Part shown: in pieces, positions 1 through 13,280 of the stretch | How positions within the stretch are numbered: position 1 is the first letter of the stretch | Layout: each line of letters begins with the position of its first letter | From: Azolla caroliniana | Lineage: Eukaryota > Plantae > Polypodiophyta | Assembly: GCA_043228905.1 (NCBI GenBank) | Contig: JBHGNT010000006.1 | Location: 14,632,001 to 14,696,000, forward strand | Direction of reading: 5' to 3' | Length of the DNA stretch: 64,000 nucleotides | Translations under genes and position numbers: made by a program | Notes under the pieces: generated by a model | The model's database searches: none | What the model was told of the DNA's origin: nothing | What the model saw: the letters and a program-made list of their open reading frames with translations, nothing else

Positions 1-3000
1 GGCGAGAGTTCTGTTGCAGATACACACCGCAACAGAACGGTGTTGCCGAAAGAAAGAACCGATCGCTTATTGATGCGGCAAGGGCAATGCTAGAGGAGAA
101 GAGCATGCCCAAATTCTACTGGGTGTAGGAAGTCCGAACAACTGTCTACATCCAAAACCGGATCGGTGACAAGGTGTCAGCCCACAAGCTGTATTTCGGG
201 CGCAAGCTGAATTTGAGACACCTTAAGATCTTCGGTAGCATTGCATATGTGCATGTACCAGAAGAGAAGCGGATGAAGCTGGATGAAAAATTGGAAAAAT
301 GCATCCTAATCGGCTATGCTCAAGAGGAGAAGGGTTATAAGTGTTATAACCCCCGAACAAAGTAGGTCTGAGTTAGTCGAGATGTCGAGTTCGATGAATC
401 GGCATCATGGTACTCCTTACCGGCTCCGACTTCCGAATCCGACCCAATGCCGATGGATGAGGCTAGTGAGCCTGAACCGGCCCAGGTAGAGGATGATGAA
501 GCGTGGACTCAGGATGAGAGTCCGGAATCGTTCCGGTTGAGCTGGCCAAACGAGAGACTGAGTCAATTTGACTAGTCCGATGAGGAATCGACGAGTAGTA
601 GAGAGACTCTGTCGTGCACTCCCTGTGCAAGGAACCGAGGCGACAGTTCATGCGCAAAGAGAAGGGGAAGAAGAAAATGCCGGAATTCAAAACCGGCAAC
701 GATGAGTCAGATCAGTGTGCATCCGACTCTGGCAAGGAGAAAGGCAAATCTTCGGCAACGAAGACCGAACCGGCAAAGAAGGGCCTCAAACCGGGTAAGA
801 GTGAGTTACGTCGGTCCACCCGCCAGAAGGATCCCGTCAAGCGGTACGGGTACAATGAGTACATGGCGCATCACTATGCGTACATGACTAAGGTGGCGGA
901 AGTGGGTGAGCCGGAGAGCTACGCAGAAGCGACCAAGGACACCAATTGGCATGCCTCTATGGAGGAAGAAATGCGGGCACTTGATGTCAACAAGACATGG
1001 GACCTGGTTGACCCTCCTTCTCACTGTAAACCGATCGGATGCAAGTGGATATACAAGGTAAAGTACAATGCCGACGGTTTTGTTAACCGGTATAAAGCCT
1101 GGTTAGTGGCGAAGGGATACGCGCAGACCCACGGAATCGACTACGACGAGACCTTCGCTCCAGTAGCGAAGATGACGACGGTTCGTGTGGTGCTGTTGGT
1201 TGCTGTAGCAAGGGGGTGGCATATTCACCAGATGGATGTGAAGAATGCGTTTCTTCAGGGTGATCTTGAAGAAGAAGTTTTTATGACTCAGCCCCCCAGC
1301 TTTCAATCGGAGATGAACAAGTCAGCAGTATGCCGGCTGAAGAAGTCATTGTACGGCCTGAAGCAAGCCCCTCGACCTTGGAATGTGAAGATCACGCACC
1401 GGTTGCGTAAGATGGGGTTTGTGGCCTCCAAATCCGACTCTTCTTTGTTCATCCGGCAAGGCTTAGCCGGCCCGGTATGTATACTGTTGTATGTTGATGA
1501 TCTAGTCATCACCGGACCGGGTGTTCCAGAAATCAACCGCGTCAAGTCCCTGTTGTCGGACGCATTTGAGATGAAGGACTTGGGGGACCTTCATTATTTT
1601 CTTAGGATCGAGGTGATCCGAACCCCTGACTTCATATTACTCTCACAACAACATTACGTCTTGAATATGTTGTACAAGTTCGGCATGACAGAATGCCGAC
1701 CTGTCTCCACACCCTTGGACCGGAACCAGAAGCTCCGTCCCAACTCCGGTATGGCCTGCAACGAGAAATGGTTCCGACAACTTGTCAGAAGCCTTATTTA
1801 CCTTACTATCACACGCCCTGACATAAGCTATCCGGTCGGGATGATAAGTCAGTTCATGCAGAAGCCGACCGTGGAGCACCTTCAGTGCGCACAACGGATA
1901 TTGCGATATGTAAGCGGCACGAAGGACCGGGTATTGTTATACCAGCGAGGTATAATCGAAGAGCTCGTCGGTTGCACGGATGTTGACTAGGCCGGCGATG
2001 CATCAAATCACCAAGCAACCTCTGGTTACATGTTTTCCCTAGGTAACGCGACTGTTATGTGGAGCAACAAAAAGCAGCCAACAGTTGCTTTGTCGAGCAC
2101 TGAGGCTGAGTATCGGGCCAGTACCATTGCCATCTGTGAAGCCATTTGGCTTCGGCGACTGCTGCAAGACTTACGGATCGACGTACCGACCCCGATTCTG
2201 GTCTACTGTGACAACATAAGCAGCATACAACTCACCAAGAACCCTGTGTTCCATGCTCGCACGAAGCACATAGAAGTGCATTATCACTTTGTGCGTGAGC
2301 AGGTCCTGAGCGGTGAAGTTGAACTACGGTGTCGTGAAGTAAGAAAACTTCACATTAAAAGTCTACAATAAGATAAATACATAACTAAAATAAAATAAAC
2401 GTTGATAATATTTTATACATAAAGATAATATTAACAACATACACTAGGATAATATTATACATTATATGTAGAGGTAAATAAATAAATATATATGTTATAT
2501 TACATGGACGAGAGAGCACTTGAGTCAATAACCCCCGCCTTATGACACTCAAACCTTACCATTTAGCGTATACTAATAATTTACAAGAGATCATATGCGT
2601 TGTTTTATTTGAAGTAATATTTTATAGACTAAACCATGTAATATACTACATGCACACCATATAGCATATCACATGGGCAAAAGAGGACTTGAACCAACAA
2701 CCCCAACCTTATGGCATTCAAATCTTACCATTTAGCCTATACTTGTGATGTGTATAAAATATATGTGTTGTACTATTGTATGGTTTAAACCATGAAATGT
2801 ACTACATGTGCACCATATAGCACACATGCAAGAGCCTCTCTGCATGTGCGCCACACGGCCCACATGTAGAACCATCTCTTCCCTATAAAAGGAGAAGGGA
2901 GTATGGTCACAAGGGATATCAAGGAATCAATCAATCATATTGAATAGAATTATTGATGGAATTGAGGGAAATTATATTGTAAGAGATATCATAACAGAGA

Positions 3001-3541
3001 ATGAGTGAGAGAAGGTAAAAGCTATATTCAATCTTCAAAAGACAAGAGAAGAACTAGCTTGGCAGCGGCGGTGCTCAACTCGCAACGAAAAGGCGGAGGT
3101 TCTAGTCTTATCCTCATCGAAAGATAGAAGGGAAGATAGTGGTGTACTATCAAGAAAGAGAAGAGCGGCTACCCTGTGAGACAGAGTTTGACAGCTCAAT
3201 GACACCCACAACCATTTTGTAACTCTTTCATGAAATAATTATAAATTTCTTACATTCCGTCAATTATCCCTTTACATCCTATCTTGACATATCTTGTTGA
3301 TCACTATTTATCTATTTCTACTCTTTCGTCTCTTCCGTCCAAAATCCCAGTGATTCCTTCCTCACTTTCACGTTATCTTCTATCGATGCAACTCTACGCT
3401 TCTAGGCGAACCACGCCACGACAACGGTATGTTCACACGGATCGGCAAGTTGCCGAAATCTTCACCAAGCTACTCGGATTGGACAAGTTGCAGCACTTTA
3501 CCGACATGCTTGGTGTTCAGCATCTCGACGTGCCACACTAG
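1..3541 (+). pseudogene. copia A pol (integrase C-term, RT, RNase H), with stops and split by a solo LTR
   Basis: Copia motifs KPIGCKWIYKVK, QMDVKNAFL, LYVDD, HARTKHIEVHYHFVRE; removing 2330-3427 restores ...EVELR-YVHTDRQVA... Confidence 0.92.
2330..3423 (+). mobile_element. solo LTR of the gypsy F family
   Basis: TGTCGTG...CACGACA termini, 4-bp TSD ACGG (2326-2329 and 3424-3427), colinear with the reverse complement of the F LTRs. Confidence 0.93.
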
Positions 3542-4062
3542 AGGGGGAGAACGAGCAGAGACACCAGAACGGGCAAAGGCAAAGAGACTGCCGATTGTGC
3601 CAGTGAGGGAAGAACAGAAGGCGGCAGAGGCAAGAAGGACAGAACCGACCGAAGGAAGAAGGCCAAGACCCGGACATGGTCCGATGTGGTGAAGGGCTTG
3701 GAACCAGAAGACGAATCGGGAGCAACCGATTCGGACAAGAGTTGGAACGAATCGGAGACAGTCGATTCGGTTCAAAAGACTGATTCGGAAGAACCGGATC
3801 AATTCAAGGCCAAGCAGACACGGATGCAGCGGAAGTCGATGCCATCGCGGAGAAACCGACAGATCGATAAGCGCTGGAGTCATAACAACGAAGGAGCTGA
3901 GAAGGTCAAGGCGCGTAGAAAAAGAGGGGTCGCAGCAAACAAAACTGGACCGGACGAGGAGCGCGAGTAAGGCGAAGCAACGCTAGGAGAGATCGGTTGG
4001 AAGAACCGGCTGCCACAGAGACTGACACTAAGATCCAACCTCAAGTTGAGCTTAAGGGGGAG

Positions 4063-4500
4063 TGTTGAGCGGCAAGCTCAATTGGAGCCGGATCGGCTGA
4101 ATAAATTTAAGCTGGCAAGCGAGATGGATCGGCAAGCTGTGAGCAACCGAGCCGGCAAGCAATAGAGCCGGTTAGCCGGATCCAATCAGTAACCGGAAGC
4201 CTAGTATTAGCGTAGACTACTAGGCAATTATAGTCTCGTAGTAAGTGTCAGATGCTCATGTGAGCATTGAAGTACGCGGTACTTCTGTCAGTCCCACGAG
4301 GACTTGTATAAATAATGGTACTGAGCATAGTTGTTTGTACAGAGTGTTTTTATTGTTTTTGAATATAGCCTTGAAGTTCTGCTCTCTCTTTCTCTCCCGT
4401 GTACTCTGTGTATTCCCTACCTTCTCTGTCTTCTAACGCTTCCGCAAGTAATCGTTTACATTTCGGTTTGTGCAGATCCTACGGCGGGCTGACCCCAACA
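4063..4500 (+). repeat. 3' LTR of copia A (438 bp)
   Basis: Follows the PPT; TGTTG...CAACA termini; TATAAATA near 4307; gag-like coding sequence resumes at 4501. Confidence 0.85.
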
Positions 4501-5942
4501 TGTAGAGACTTCCCAAAGAGGTAGCGCACCAATCCAAAATGACAGAGTTCGGATTAACTCTGGATGGGAGAGCGGCATTTTGGCATTCACAGATGGATCT
4601 ACGAACAATCACAACCTTCGACCAGCTACAGTCGGCCTTTCTGCGCTTCTTTCATTGAAGGGTGCCGCAACACGAAATCCTCGGGCAGTTCTATACAATC
4701 AAACAGTTGTCGGCCGAGACTGTAGCGGACTTCAGTTTCCGCTTCCAAAATATGTGGCAGAAATTAAAACGAGGGCCGACACGGGCGACGCTCAACAACA
4801 ATAGCGTGAAAGGAGAAACAACCGATATGGTCATAGAACGAGGTGCTATAGCTCAAGCTAGACGAAGAAGAGGAAAGGTTTTCCATGTCCTCCTTACGAG
4901 AAGCATTATCTCAGGACGAGGAACGACATTTTCGCTAGACAATCCAGTGCACGATTTGCCTCAATTCTGAGCATTCTGTAGTGGAATGCAACATGCGAAT
5001 CCACTGCCCAATCTGTCACTCGAAAGCACACACGATCGAGCAGAGTGAGTACAACATGTTGAACAGACCCACGCCCACAGTACAAAGCGTGAAAACACAG
5101 CGACCATCGCGCCGTAATGAGCAAAGGCGCGAAGAAGAACGACCCCGATATACAGATCGGAACCCACGCGATGACTGACACTACCGGAATCGCCGGAATA
5201 CCAACGATTCCGAGGAAGAAGAGCCGGAGGACGAAGACTACCGGGGCAACCACATATAATAAAGGAGGCCGACGCTACGAGAATTACCGGCCGACGAACA
5301 AACGTGGCGGCTTCAATGGCCCTCGCGGGAAACATCGTCAATATCGGGACCAACGATGGTACGACGAAAGTTCGGACAATGACCGGCACCAAGAGCCGCG
5401 TTGGGACCAACAACAACCACAACGAACGCTCAAAAGAATGAACCAAGACCGGGAGGAGCAAGTCACACCTGGGGATAGGAACATGCCACCAGCTGCCGAG
5501 AAAGGCGAATCCAACGTCTATTGTTTCGTTTGCCAACAACCCAAACATTACGCCACGCAATGTCCACTATGCAAGGCAAGGGCCCGCCATCAACATGATT
5601 ATGGCGGAAGTTCAGCAAGTTACGACAAGACAACAAACGAAAAATATTGATTGGGCCGCGCAAGATGAGATACGTTAGACGACCCAAGCATGGGTCGAAA
5701 AAGCGAACGCGGCAAATACGGGAGGCATGCGGCAGGAGTCTGCAAACAATGTGGGACCATTCGAGGGAGATGTAATATCCTCGGATCCCATATGGCAATC
5801 ACAGGCAGGCTGCGAGATAACAGTAACCATGGAAAAGCTACTTCAACTGGTCCCACGGTTCCGCCAGGCCGTAGAGCATCGCATAACGGGCAGACCTGAG
5901 GTAAGCGTCTCCGCCAACTTTACGGACACCCGCGCCGGACCA
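4501..5942 (+). pseudogene. G1 gag fragment
   Basis: Retrotransposon gag-like QLSAETVADFSFRFQN; zinc knuckles CPICHSKAH and CFVCQQPKHYATQC; frameshifted. Confidence 0.8.
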
Positions 5943-6142
5943 TGTCGAATACGAGTGTATAATGGCCGTATTCACACTGTCCCTTTGGATAGCCCAAGTT
6001 TGGGCTATTTTTGTAAATAGCATAAAGGGCAGTTGCCCTAGGACAATCACTATATAAAGTGACTTTGTAACCTTTAGAGGTTGTTGTTGATGGTTGTCAT
6101 TCTTTGTAACTGTTGTTATTGGAATATAACGATTGGTTTGTG

Positions 6143-6183
<41 letters not shown>

Positions 6184-6260
6184 TTCTTATGTGCATACAC
6201 AGGTTCTTCTTCAAACAGAATGTTGCTTGCACTTCTGCATTGACAGCCTTGACCCCAACA
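5943..6260 (+). repeat. copia B 5' LTR with (CT)n
   Basis: TGTCGAAT...CCCCAACA; direct repeat of 10560-10873. Confidence 0.93.
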
Positions 6261-6262
6261 TT

Positions 6263-6274
6263 TGGTATCAAAGC
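6263..6274 (+). promoter_or_regulatory. PBS for initiator tRNA-Met (TGGTATCAAAGC, one mismatch)
   Basis: 2 nt after the LTR end; close to the canonical TGGTATCAGAGC. Confidence 0.9.
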
Positions 6275-6944
6275 GTTGGAGGTTCTTCAACCTGCTACCA
6301 GCTGTCATAGTACACCACACAACATTCTGCTTTCGTTTTCTTTGAAGAACAGAGAAGGGAGAAGAAAAACAAAAAGCTCGCATCTCACTGTGTTAAATCA
6401 CAAATTGGAGTAAGCCAGCCGGTTGTACTCTGTTCCTGTGATTGTAACCGCTTGAGGGGAGCTCCTTGTGCAACACCCGACCCAATCGTGCTTCATTCGG
6501 TTAAACAACATCCGAATAGGTCACCGGACGCTATTCACTCGCTTGTTGTAACCACCCGCTGCAGATTGGTCTCCTGGCAACAACCAAATTCGTGCTTCAT
6601 TCGGCTGATCGACATTCGGGAGGATTAGTTGGATCCGTCCCTCTCATCACTGTAGTCACCCGAAGCAGAATCGGCCCAAACAATCGGTTTCTTGTAATCG
6701 GTATTCGGCATACAATCGGAAGCTAATCGGGCTCACTCCGACTCGCCAACATTCGGGAAGACTAGCCGGTTCTGTCCCTCAAGTTACCAGAGTCACTCCG
6801 TGCAAGTTCAGCAACAAGTATCCGAAACCAAACCGACTCGGCTTCAAAACAGACTAGAACGATATCGGGTGAGCCGATCGACTGCACCCCACTAAGGTTC
6901 GTAGTCAACTCCGAATCGAGTCTTACCAACCGAAACCGAAGCAA

Positions 6945-9900
6945 ATGGCATCAACATCCGGCACATCGGAGATGAGTCTAAGGAGGTTCGACGGTTCGAA
7001 CTTCAACTTCTAGAAGGAACAAATGCAGGACTATCTCATAGTCAAGGATAAGATAGACCCGATTGAGAATGAAAATCCTCCAGAAGTATACAAGGCAAAC
7101 GAGTGGCTAAAGCTGGACAGAATTGTCAGCGCCGGCATGAGGAGGTCAACTACGTCGGCTCTTTAGCCGAAATCTTGACGACCGACCCGAACATATTGTC
7201 CATAGAGAACCCAGTCGAATAAGAAGTTCTGCTTACGACTGAGGAATCGAGCACATGGCTCCTGGACTCAGGTGCATCGTATCATGTGACACCTCACCGA
7301 TCTCAGTTTCGGCAATACTCAGCCCGGCACTCCGATTCAGTTCGAGTCGGAAACTCGTAGCACTATGCTATAATCAGAATCGGCACCGTAAAGCTCAACC
7401 TTCTGGGTGCCTCTACACTTGTACTACACAACGTCCGACACATTGCTAAGCTCTCAAGACCCTTGATCTCAGTCAGACAGCTTGACGAAGCAGGCATCCA
7501 TGTCAGATTCTCATTAGGAGGGTGGACACTCCACACAGGGAACCTCCTGCTTGCTCGAGGACCAAAGGTACATTCCTTGTACCCTTTATATGTCACACTA
7601 AAAGAGGGTGACCTATTTTTGGTTGATATCCCCGTGTCATCATTATGGCATGGAAGACTTGGACCCCTCAGCAAGGACGATATAATGCACCTATCTAGAG
7701 CCGGTTACATCCACAAACTCTCCTTCTCCGATCACCAATTCTGTGAGCATTGCCAGGATGGCTAACAGGTAGTTGCATCACACCCGACATCAACACCAAG
7801 AGAATCGAGTCCCCTTGATTTGGTCCAGTCGGACGTCTGTGGCTCGATGCCACATCAGTCGCTTGGTGGTGCTTCATACTTCATCAGTTTTATTGATGAC
7901 TTGACTCGGAAGGTGTGGGCTTACCCCATTAGAACCAAAGATCGGGTGTTCTCGATCTTCTTCGAATGGATTGCAATGGTCGAAAATCAGACTAGTCAGA
8001 AACTGAAATGTCTCCGAACCGACAACGGAGGAGAATTCAAGTTTGAAGAATTCGTCAAATTTTGCCAGGAACGCAGCATTCGAAGTGAATATACGGCACC
8101 TTATAGTCCAAAGCAGAACGGAATTGCAGAACGCACGAATCGGACGATTCAAGAACGCATAGTATCCATGCTCCAACACTCCGGATTGTCAAATGGCTTT
8201 TGGGTGGAGGCTGTACTTACGGCAGTACACATAATAAATATGTCGCCAAGTAGACCTCTAGGACTTCAAATACCTCAGGAAATATGGACTGGCAGTAAGA
8301 CGAATTATGACAAGCTCAGGATCTTCGGTTGTGAGGCATACACCCTCATACCGAAAGACAATCACCAGAAACTTGAACCAAGATCAAGGAAATGCGTTTT
8401 CCTTGGGTATGGACCAGACGGCGAGATCGGATACCGACTCTGGGACCCCGAGCACAAACAAATTGTCCGAAGTTCGGACGTCTCATTCAACGAGTCGGCT
8501 ATGCGGCTATGCATAAAACGGCCGAAAGGCCTATTGAAGTCCGAAGGGTAATATTCTCCGAAGTGCCAACCCTTCATGAAGGCCCAACCCACAACACGAG
8601 ATCGGTTCACGGGTAACTGACAACTCTCGCACCGAATCCACTGATTCGGCATAGCCGAATGGCTCAGCTTCCGACCATCCGACATCGACACCCGGTGCGA
8701 CTAGTCCAGTCATACCTCGCAGATCTGAGAGACTGTCGCAACCTCCGAAGAGGTACTCTCCAGGAATTTTCTTTACCGACGCCGGCGAACCGACGTCTTA
8801 CGAAGAAGCATCGGCATCTGTTGATTCAGCCACATGGCATCGGGCGATGGAGTCAGAAATGCACTCCATTCGGGCAAACAAGACTTGGGACTTGGTCAAA
8901 TTACCAAAGAATCGACGTGCTCTTCCATGTAAGTGGGTCTATCGACTAAAAGAGGCGTCCACCTCGACCAACCCAAAGTACAAGGCCAGAGTAGTTGTGA
9001 AGGGATTTAGACAAGAATATGATGTCGACTTCGACGAAATCTTTTCACCAGTGGTGAAAATGACGACCCTTCGTTTCATGCTCAGCGTCGTGGCCGCCGA
9101 GAACTTGGAGCTGATTCAGTTAGATGTAAAAACGGCATTCCTCTACGGTGACCTACAGGAGGAAATCTATATGGAGCAGTCGAAAGGCTTTGTGACATCC
9201 GGCCAGGAACATCTAGTCTGCCGACTCAAGAAGAGTCTCTACGGCCTGAAACAGGCACCCCGACTATGGTACAAGAAGTTCGACGACTTCATCCAATCGG
9301 TCGGCTTCTCCAAGAGCGATGAGGACCATTGTCTCTTCACCAAAACAGCTCAAAAAGGGTCTCCCGTCTTCCTCATCATTTACGTGGACGACATGCTACT
9401 CTCCGGCCGGCATGCCGGAGAGCTCACCGAACTCATTCGGAAACTGCAGTTGAAGTTTGCCATGAAGGACCTCGGTTCGGCAAGGCACATACTTGGTATG
9501 AGGATTAGTCGGCATCGTGATAAACGACAACTTTTCTTGTCTCAAACAGACTACATCGGACGTGTCTTGGAACACTTCAACATGCACTCGGCCAAGTTTT
9601 CTTTGACCCCGCTCCCCATTAACCTTCTACTGTCTCAGCGAGACTACCCGACATCCGGTCTGGAGGGGGAAGATAGGAAGTTAGTACCGTATGCACCGGC
9701 AGTCGACAGCCTTATGTACGCGATGGTCGCAACACGACCTGATGTTTCTCACGCCATAGGAGTCATCAACAGATTCATGCACAACCCCGGCCAGTCGCAT
9801 TGGAACGCAGTCAAGCATGTGTTCAGATATCTAGCTGGCACAAAAGACCACAACATTCTTTTGAGCCCGAACTCAACCTCAAGTGTAGTTGGTTACACCG

Positions 9901-10253
9901 ACTCGGACTTTGTCGGCTGTGTGGATAGTCGGAAATCAACAACCGAATACTGTTTCAAATTCGACAATGGAGCAATCTCGTGGAAGTCGAAACTTCAGGA
10001 GTGCATAACCACCTCAATGACCGAAGCGGAATATGTAGTTGTGTACGACGGGGCAAAAGAAGCTTTATGGCTCGGTTGGCTGGTGCACACGTTTCGACAG
10101 GTCAACTCCGACTCGGCTCTAGTTGTCTATAGCAACAGTCAGGGTGTTGTTGCTTTGTCAAAAAATCTGGTTCACCACAATGCCTCCAAGAATATCGACA
10201 TTCGATATCACTTCGTTCGGGACTGCGTCATTTTAGGGAAAATCGGTCTCTAG
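6945..10253 (+). pseudogene. copia B gag-pol with internal gag deletion, stops and frameshifts
   Basis: MASTSG start, WLLDSGAS protease, SDVCG/TDNGGEF integrase, IYVDD RT. Confidence 0.9.
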
Positions 10254-10559
10254 AAAATATCCACAACCGATAATGTCGCAGATGGAATGACCAAGTGTCT
10301 TTCGGCGGATCTTTCCCGGTACCTTCGGCACCAAATGGGCGTAACGAAAAATCGGCCTGGTTAAAGTTGGACACACAGCACAGGATGGTTTCGGACCACT
10401 GACATTGGTTCCTTGAGGATCGGGTTCAGCTCTTCCAACCCGACCGGTTCAGTCTTCTGTCTTTGGATCTTGCCGACTGTAAGAAAACGGATCTGTCCGA
10501 CAAGCTTGTACATACCTATAACTTTAGTATAACCCATGTATACGCCCATTACGGGGGAG

Positions 10560-10755
10560 TGTCGAATATGAGTGTATAATGGCCGTATTCACACTGTCCC
10601 TTTGGACAACCCAAGTTTGGGCTATTTCTGTAAATAGCATAAAGGGCAGTTGCCCTAGGACAATCATTACATAAAGTGACTTTGTAACCCTTAGAGGTTG
10701 TTGTCGATGGTTGTCATTCTTTGTAACTGTTGTTGTTGGAATATAACGATTTGTT

Positions 10756-10798
<43 letters not shown>

Positions 10799-10873
10799 CT
10801 TATGCGCATACACATGTTCTTCTTCAAACAGAATGTTACTTGCACTTTCGCATTGACGGCCTTGTCCCCAGCA
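10560..10873 (+). repeat. copia B 3' LTR
   Basis: Follows the PPT; direct repeat of 5943-6260. Confidence 0.92.
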
Positions 10874-12612
10874 CAACGGTGGTGGATCACCACAACCTGG
10901 CTATTAAGTTGATATTACACGGTCAAGAAATCACAGGATGCGTAATCGATGGCGGCTCTGGCGTCAATGTAATTAGCGCAAAGACATGCGAACAATTGGG
11001 AATTTCAGAATGGGAAGCCTGCCCGTTTTGGCTTCGCATGGCGGATACCCGCTCAATAAGGCCTTTAGGCTTAATACGAAAATTAGGCATTATCATTGGC
11101 GGGCATCACTTTGACGTCTCGGCGGTAATCCTCGCCCTGAACGCCCCAAGAGCGTATCCTATGGTGCTTGGCTGACCTTGGCTTCATTCAGCGAATATCA
11201 AACAGAGCTGGCAACATAAGTGCATCAGTTTTCGACGCAAACGCACCAAGGTTTGCGTACCCACAGAGGAAATGGCGACACAACCCAAGGACATAACACT
11301 GTTATACGCGGAAGATATAAATATGTTGGATGGGGTGGATGATACAGAATTAGACGTATACCTCGACGAGCACCCCCGAATCATTCCGCTATTCAAAATC
11401 GACGTCATAGAAACCGCGACGGAGTACACCACGCCCACTGTGCTCCACGACGATGCGTACGAACCAGACCAGGACCGGAGTCAATATTAGAATTAAGCAG
11501 AGCACGGGAGGCCTTCGAGAGGGAAATGGAAATTTCATGATGAGTCGCTGCCTCAACCCTAGAAGAAGTAAACGTAGGTACGGGGTCATAACCCCAAATC
11601 CTCTCCATTGCAAAAGAACTACTGCCGGATCAGAGAGAGGCGATCATAGCACTAGTCAGGAAGTATAAAGATGTGTTCTCTTGGTCCCACAAGGACATGA
11701 AGGGATTAGATCTGAAGTTCTATCAACATAAGATCAATTAAGCGACTAACGCGAAATTACGCGAAACCGGTCTAGAAGCGTCGATATCACATGAACCCAA
11801 ATTACGCGGCTCGCGTAAAAGAGGAAATTGACAAACTCCTCAAGGCCGGATTCATTCGACCAGTCAAACAAGCCACATGGCTAAGCCCAACAGTAGTCGT
11901 ACCAAAGAAAAATGGCAAAATACGTGTTTGCGTGGACTACCGGAAATTGAACACCGTAACCATTACAGAGGCGTTCCCTTTACCTTTCATCGTCAACGTA
12001 CTGGATGTCGTCGCAGGGCATGACATGTACAGCTTTCTAGATGGCTTCAGTGGGTACAATCAAGTACGCATGCACCCCGACGACCAAGAGAAGACGGTGT
12101 TTGTCATGGACTGGGGAGTTTATGTCACGATCGTCATGATGTTCGGGCTAAAGACGGCACCGGCTACATTTCAACGGACAATCACGGAGATTTTGTGGGA
12201 ATATATACCTACCTTCATGCAAGTCTTTAAAGATGATTTTGCAGTATATGGGACAATAGCCAAACATTTTACGCATCTACAACTTTGTCTGGAGAATTGC
12301 CGAACTGCACGCTTAAGCCTGAATACCGCCAAACGCGCTTTCGGTGTCATCAACGGATCTCTCTTCGGCCACCTAGTCAGTAAGGAAGGAATAACAGTTG
12401 ATCCGAACATAATCTTCGCGATTACTCATGCAAAAACATCGACAAACACGAAAGCACTCAGCCGGTTTCTGGGATAAATACAATGGCACAGCCGGATGAT
12501 ACGCTATTTGGTGGATTTCGCCACACCATTACATGCCCTGTTCACCGTACTCCTTTCAAATGGACAACAATGGAAGAGAAGGTGTATGATGCGCTAAAAA
12601 TAATGCTAACGT
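10874..12612 (+). pseudogene. G1 protease and RT fragment
   Basis: VIDGGSG protease; RT PKKNGKIRVCVDYRKLN, FLDGFSGYNQ, FKDD. Confidence 0.9.
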
Positions 12613-13237
12613 TGTCGTGAAGAAAACCGTCCACAAGAGGAATCGGTGCACCGGGGCGTAGGAACCGGCTCTTCATGAACGTACGCCTTATGTTGTACAT
12701 AGAGGATCCTAGGTAGGTAGATTCGGTAGGTAGGAAGTTAATAGGAAACGGCTCCTTCCTTGCCTATAAGAGGAGGGAGACGAGGAGGAAAGAGGGGATC
12801 GCGGATAGAGAGGACGAAGTGCTGTCCGATTGCGGACCGAAGACTTCTCTCTCTTCCATACTCTGTAGCTCCTTTCTATGCAGGTTTCGGGAGGCTCGCG
12901 CTGCTCTGAGGAATGCCCGAGTGCTTCCGGCAGCACCTCCAACCTACTCCTTTCTTTCTGTGCGTTTACGAACAGGCATCGGCATCTGTTCGCCAGCCTG
13001 TTCGGTTGTAACCGACTTCGTGCTTCTTGTTGTTGTCTTGTTTATATATATTTTACATACATTCGTGTCTCTCTGTGTCGCTGTCGCACTCGCGTCTTTG
13101 TGTCGAAGGGCCGTGTCCCTGTGAATCTACGCTCGCACCTTGCGAGTCTCTTCCCTTCCCCTTTTCTCTCTTGCTCTTCGGTACAAGACCCCCGAGGTCC
13201 CGCCTCGTTCCACGCATCCGCGAGGTATACCTCGACA
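12613..13237 (+). repeat. gypsy D 5' LTR
   Basis: TGTCG...CGACA; about 17 substitutions versus the 3' LTR by manual count. Confidence 0.95.
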
Positions 13238-13240
13238 TCT

Positions 13241-13258
13241 TGGTGAACCCGACGTGAA
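13241..13258 (+). promoter_or_regulatory. PBS complementary to the 3' end of plant cytosolic tRNA-Trp
   Basis: TGGTGAACCCGACGTGAA is the reverse complement of TTCACGTCGGGTTCACCA; identical in E and F. Confidence 0.88.
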
Positions 13259-13280
13259 GGAGGCGGCAGAAGAGCAGAAG

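Larger units (their letters stand above)
1..4500 (+). mobile_element. Ty1/copia LTR retrotransposon A (5' part outside the window), inserted in gag of gypsy G1
   Basis: INT-RT-RNaseH order: integrase C-terminus (174-365), RT with LYVDD (614-1990), RNase H (2030-2329, resuming at 3424), PPT CTTAAGGGGGAG 4051-4062, then 3' LTR. Confidence 0.95.
5943..10873 (+). mobile_element. Ty1/copia B, both LTRs present, degenerate, same family as C
   Basis: LTRs 5943-6260 and 10560-10873, tRNA-Met PBS, PPT GGGGGAG, INT (7820-8551), RT/RH (8847-10253). Confidence 0.95.

Noticed and set aside
10948-10956. DGG protease triad in G1
   Set aside because: DGG variants are familiar in non-chromovirus plant gypsies, and only one copy is present.
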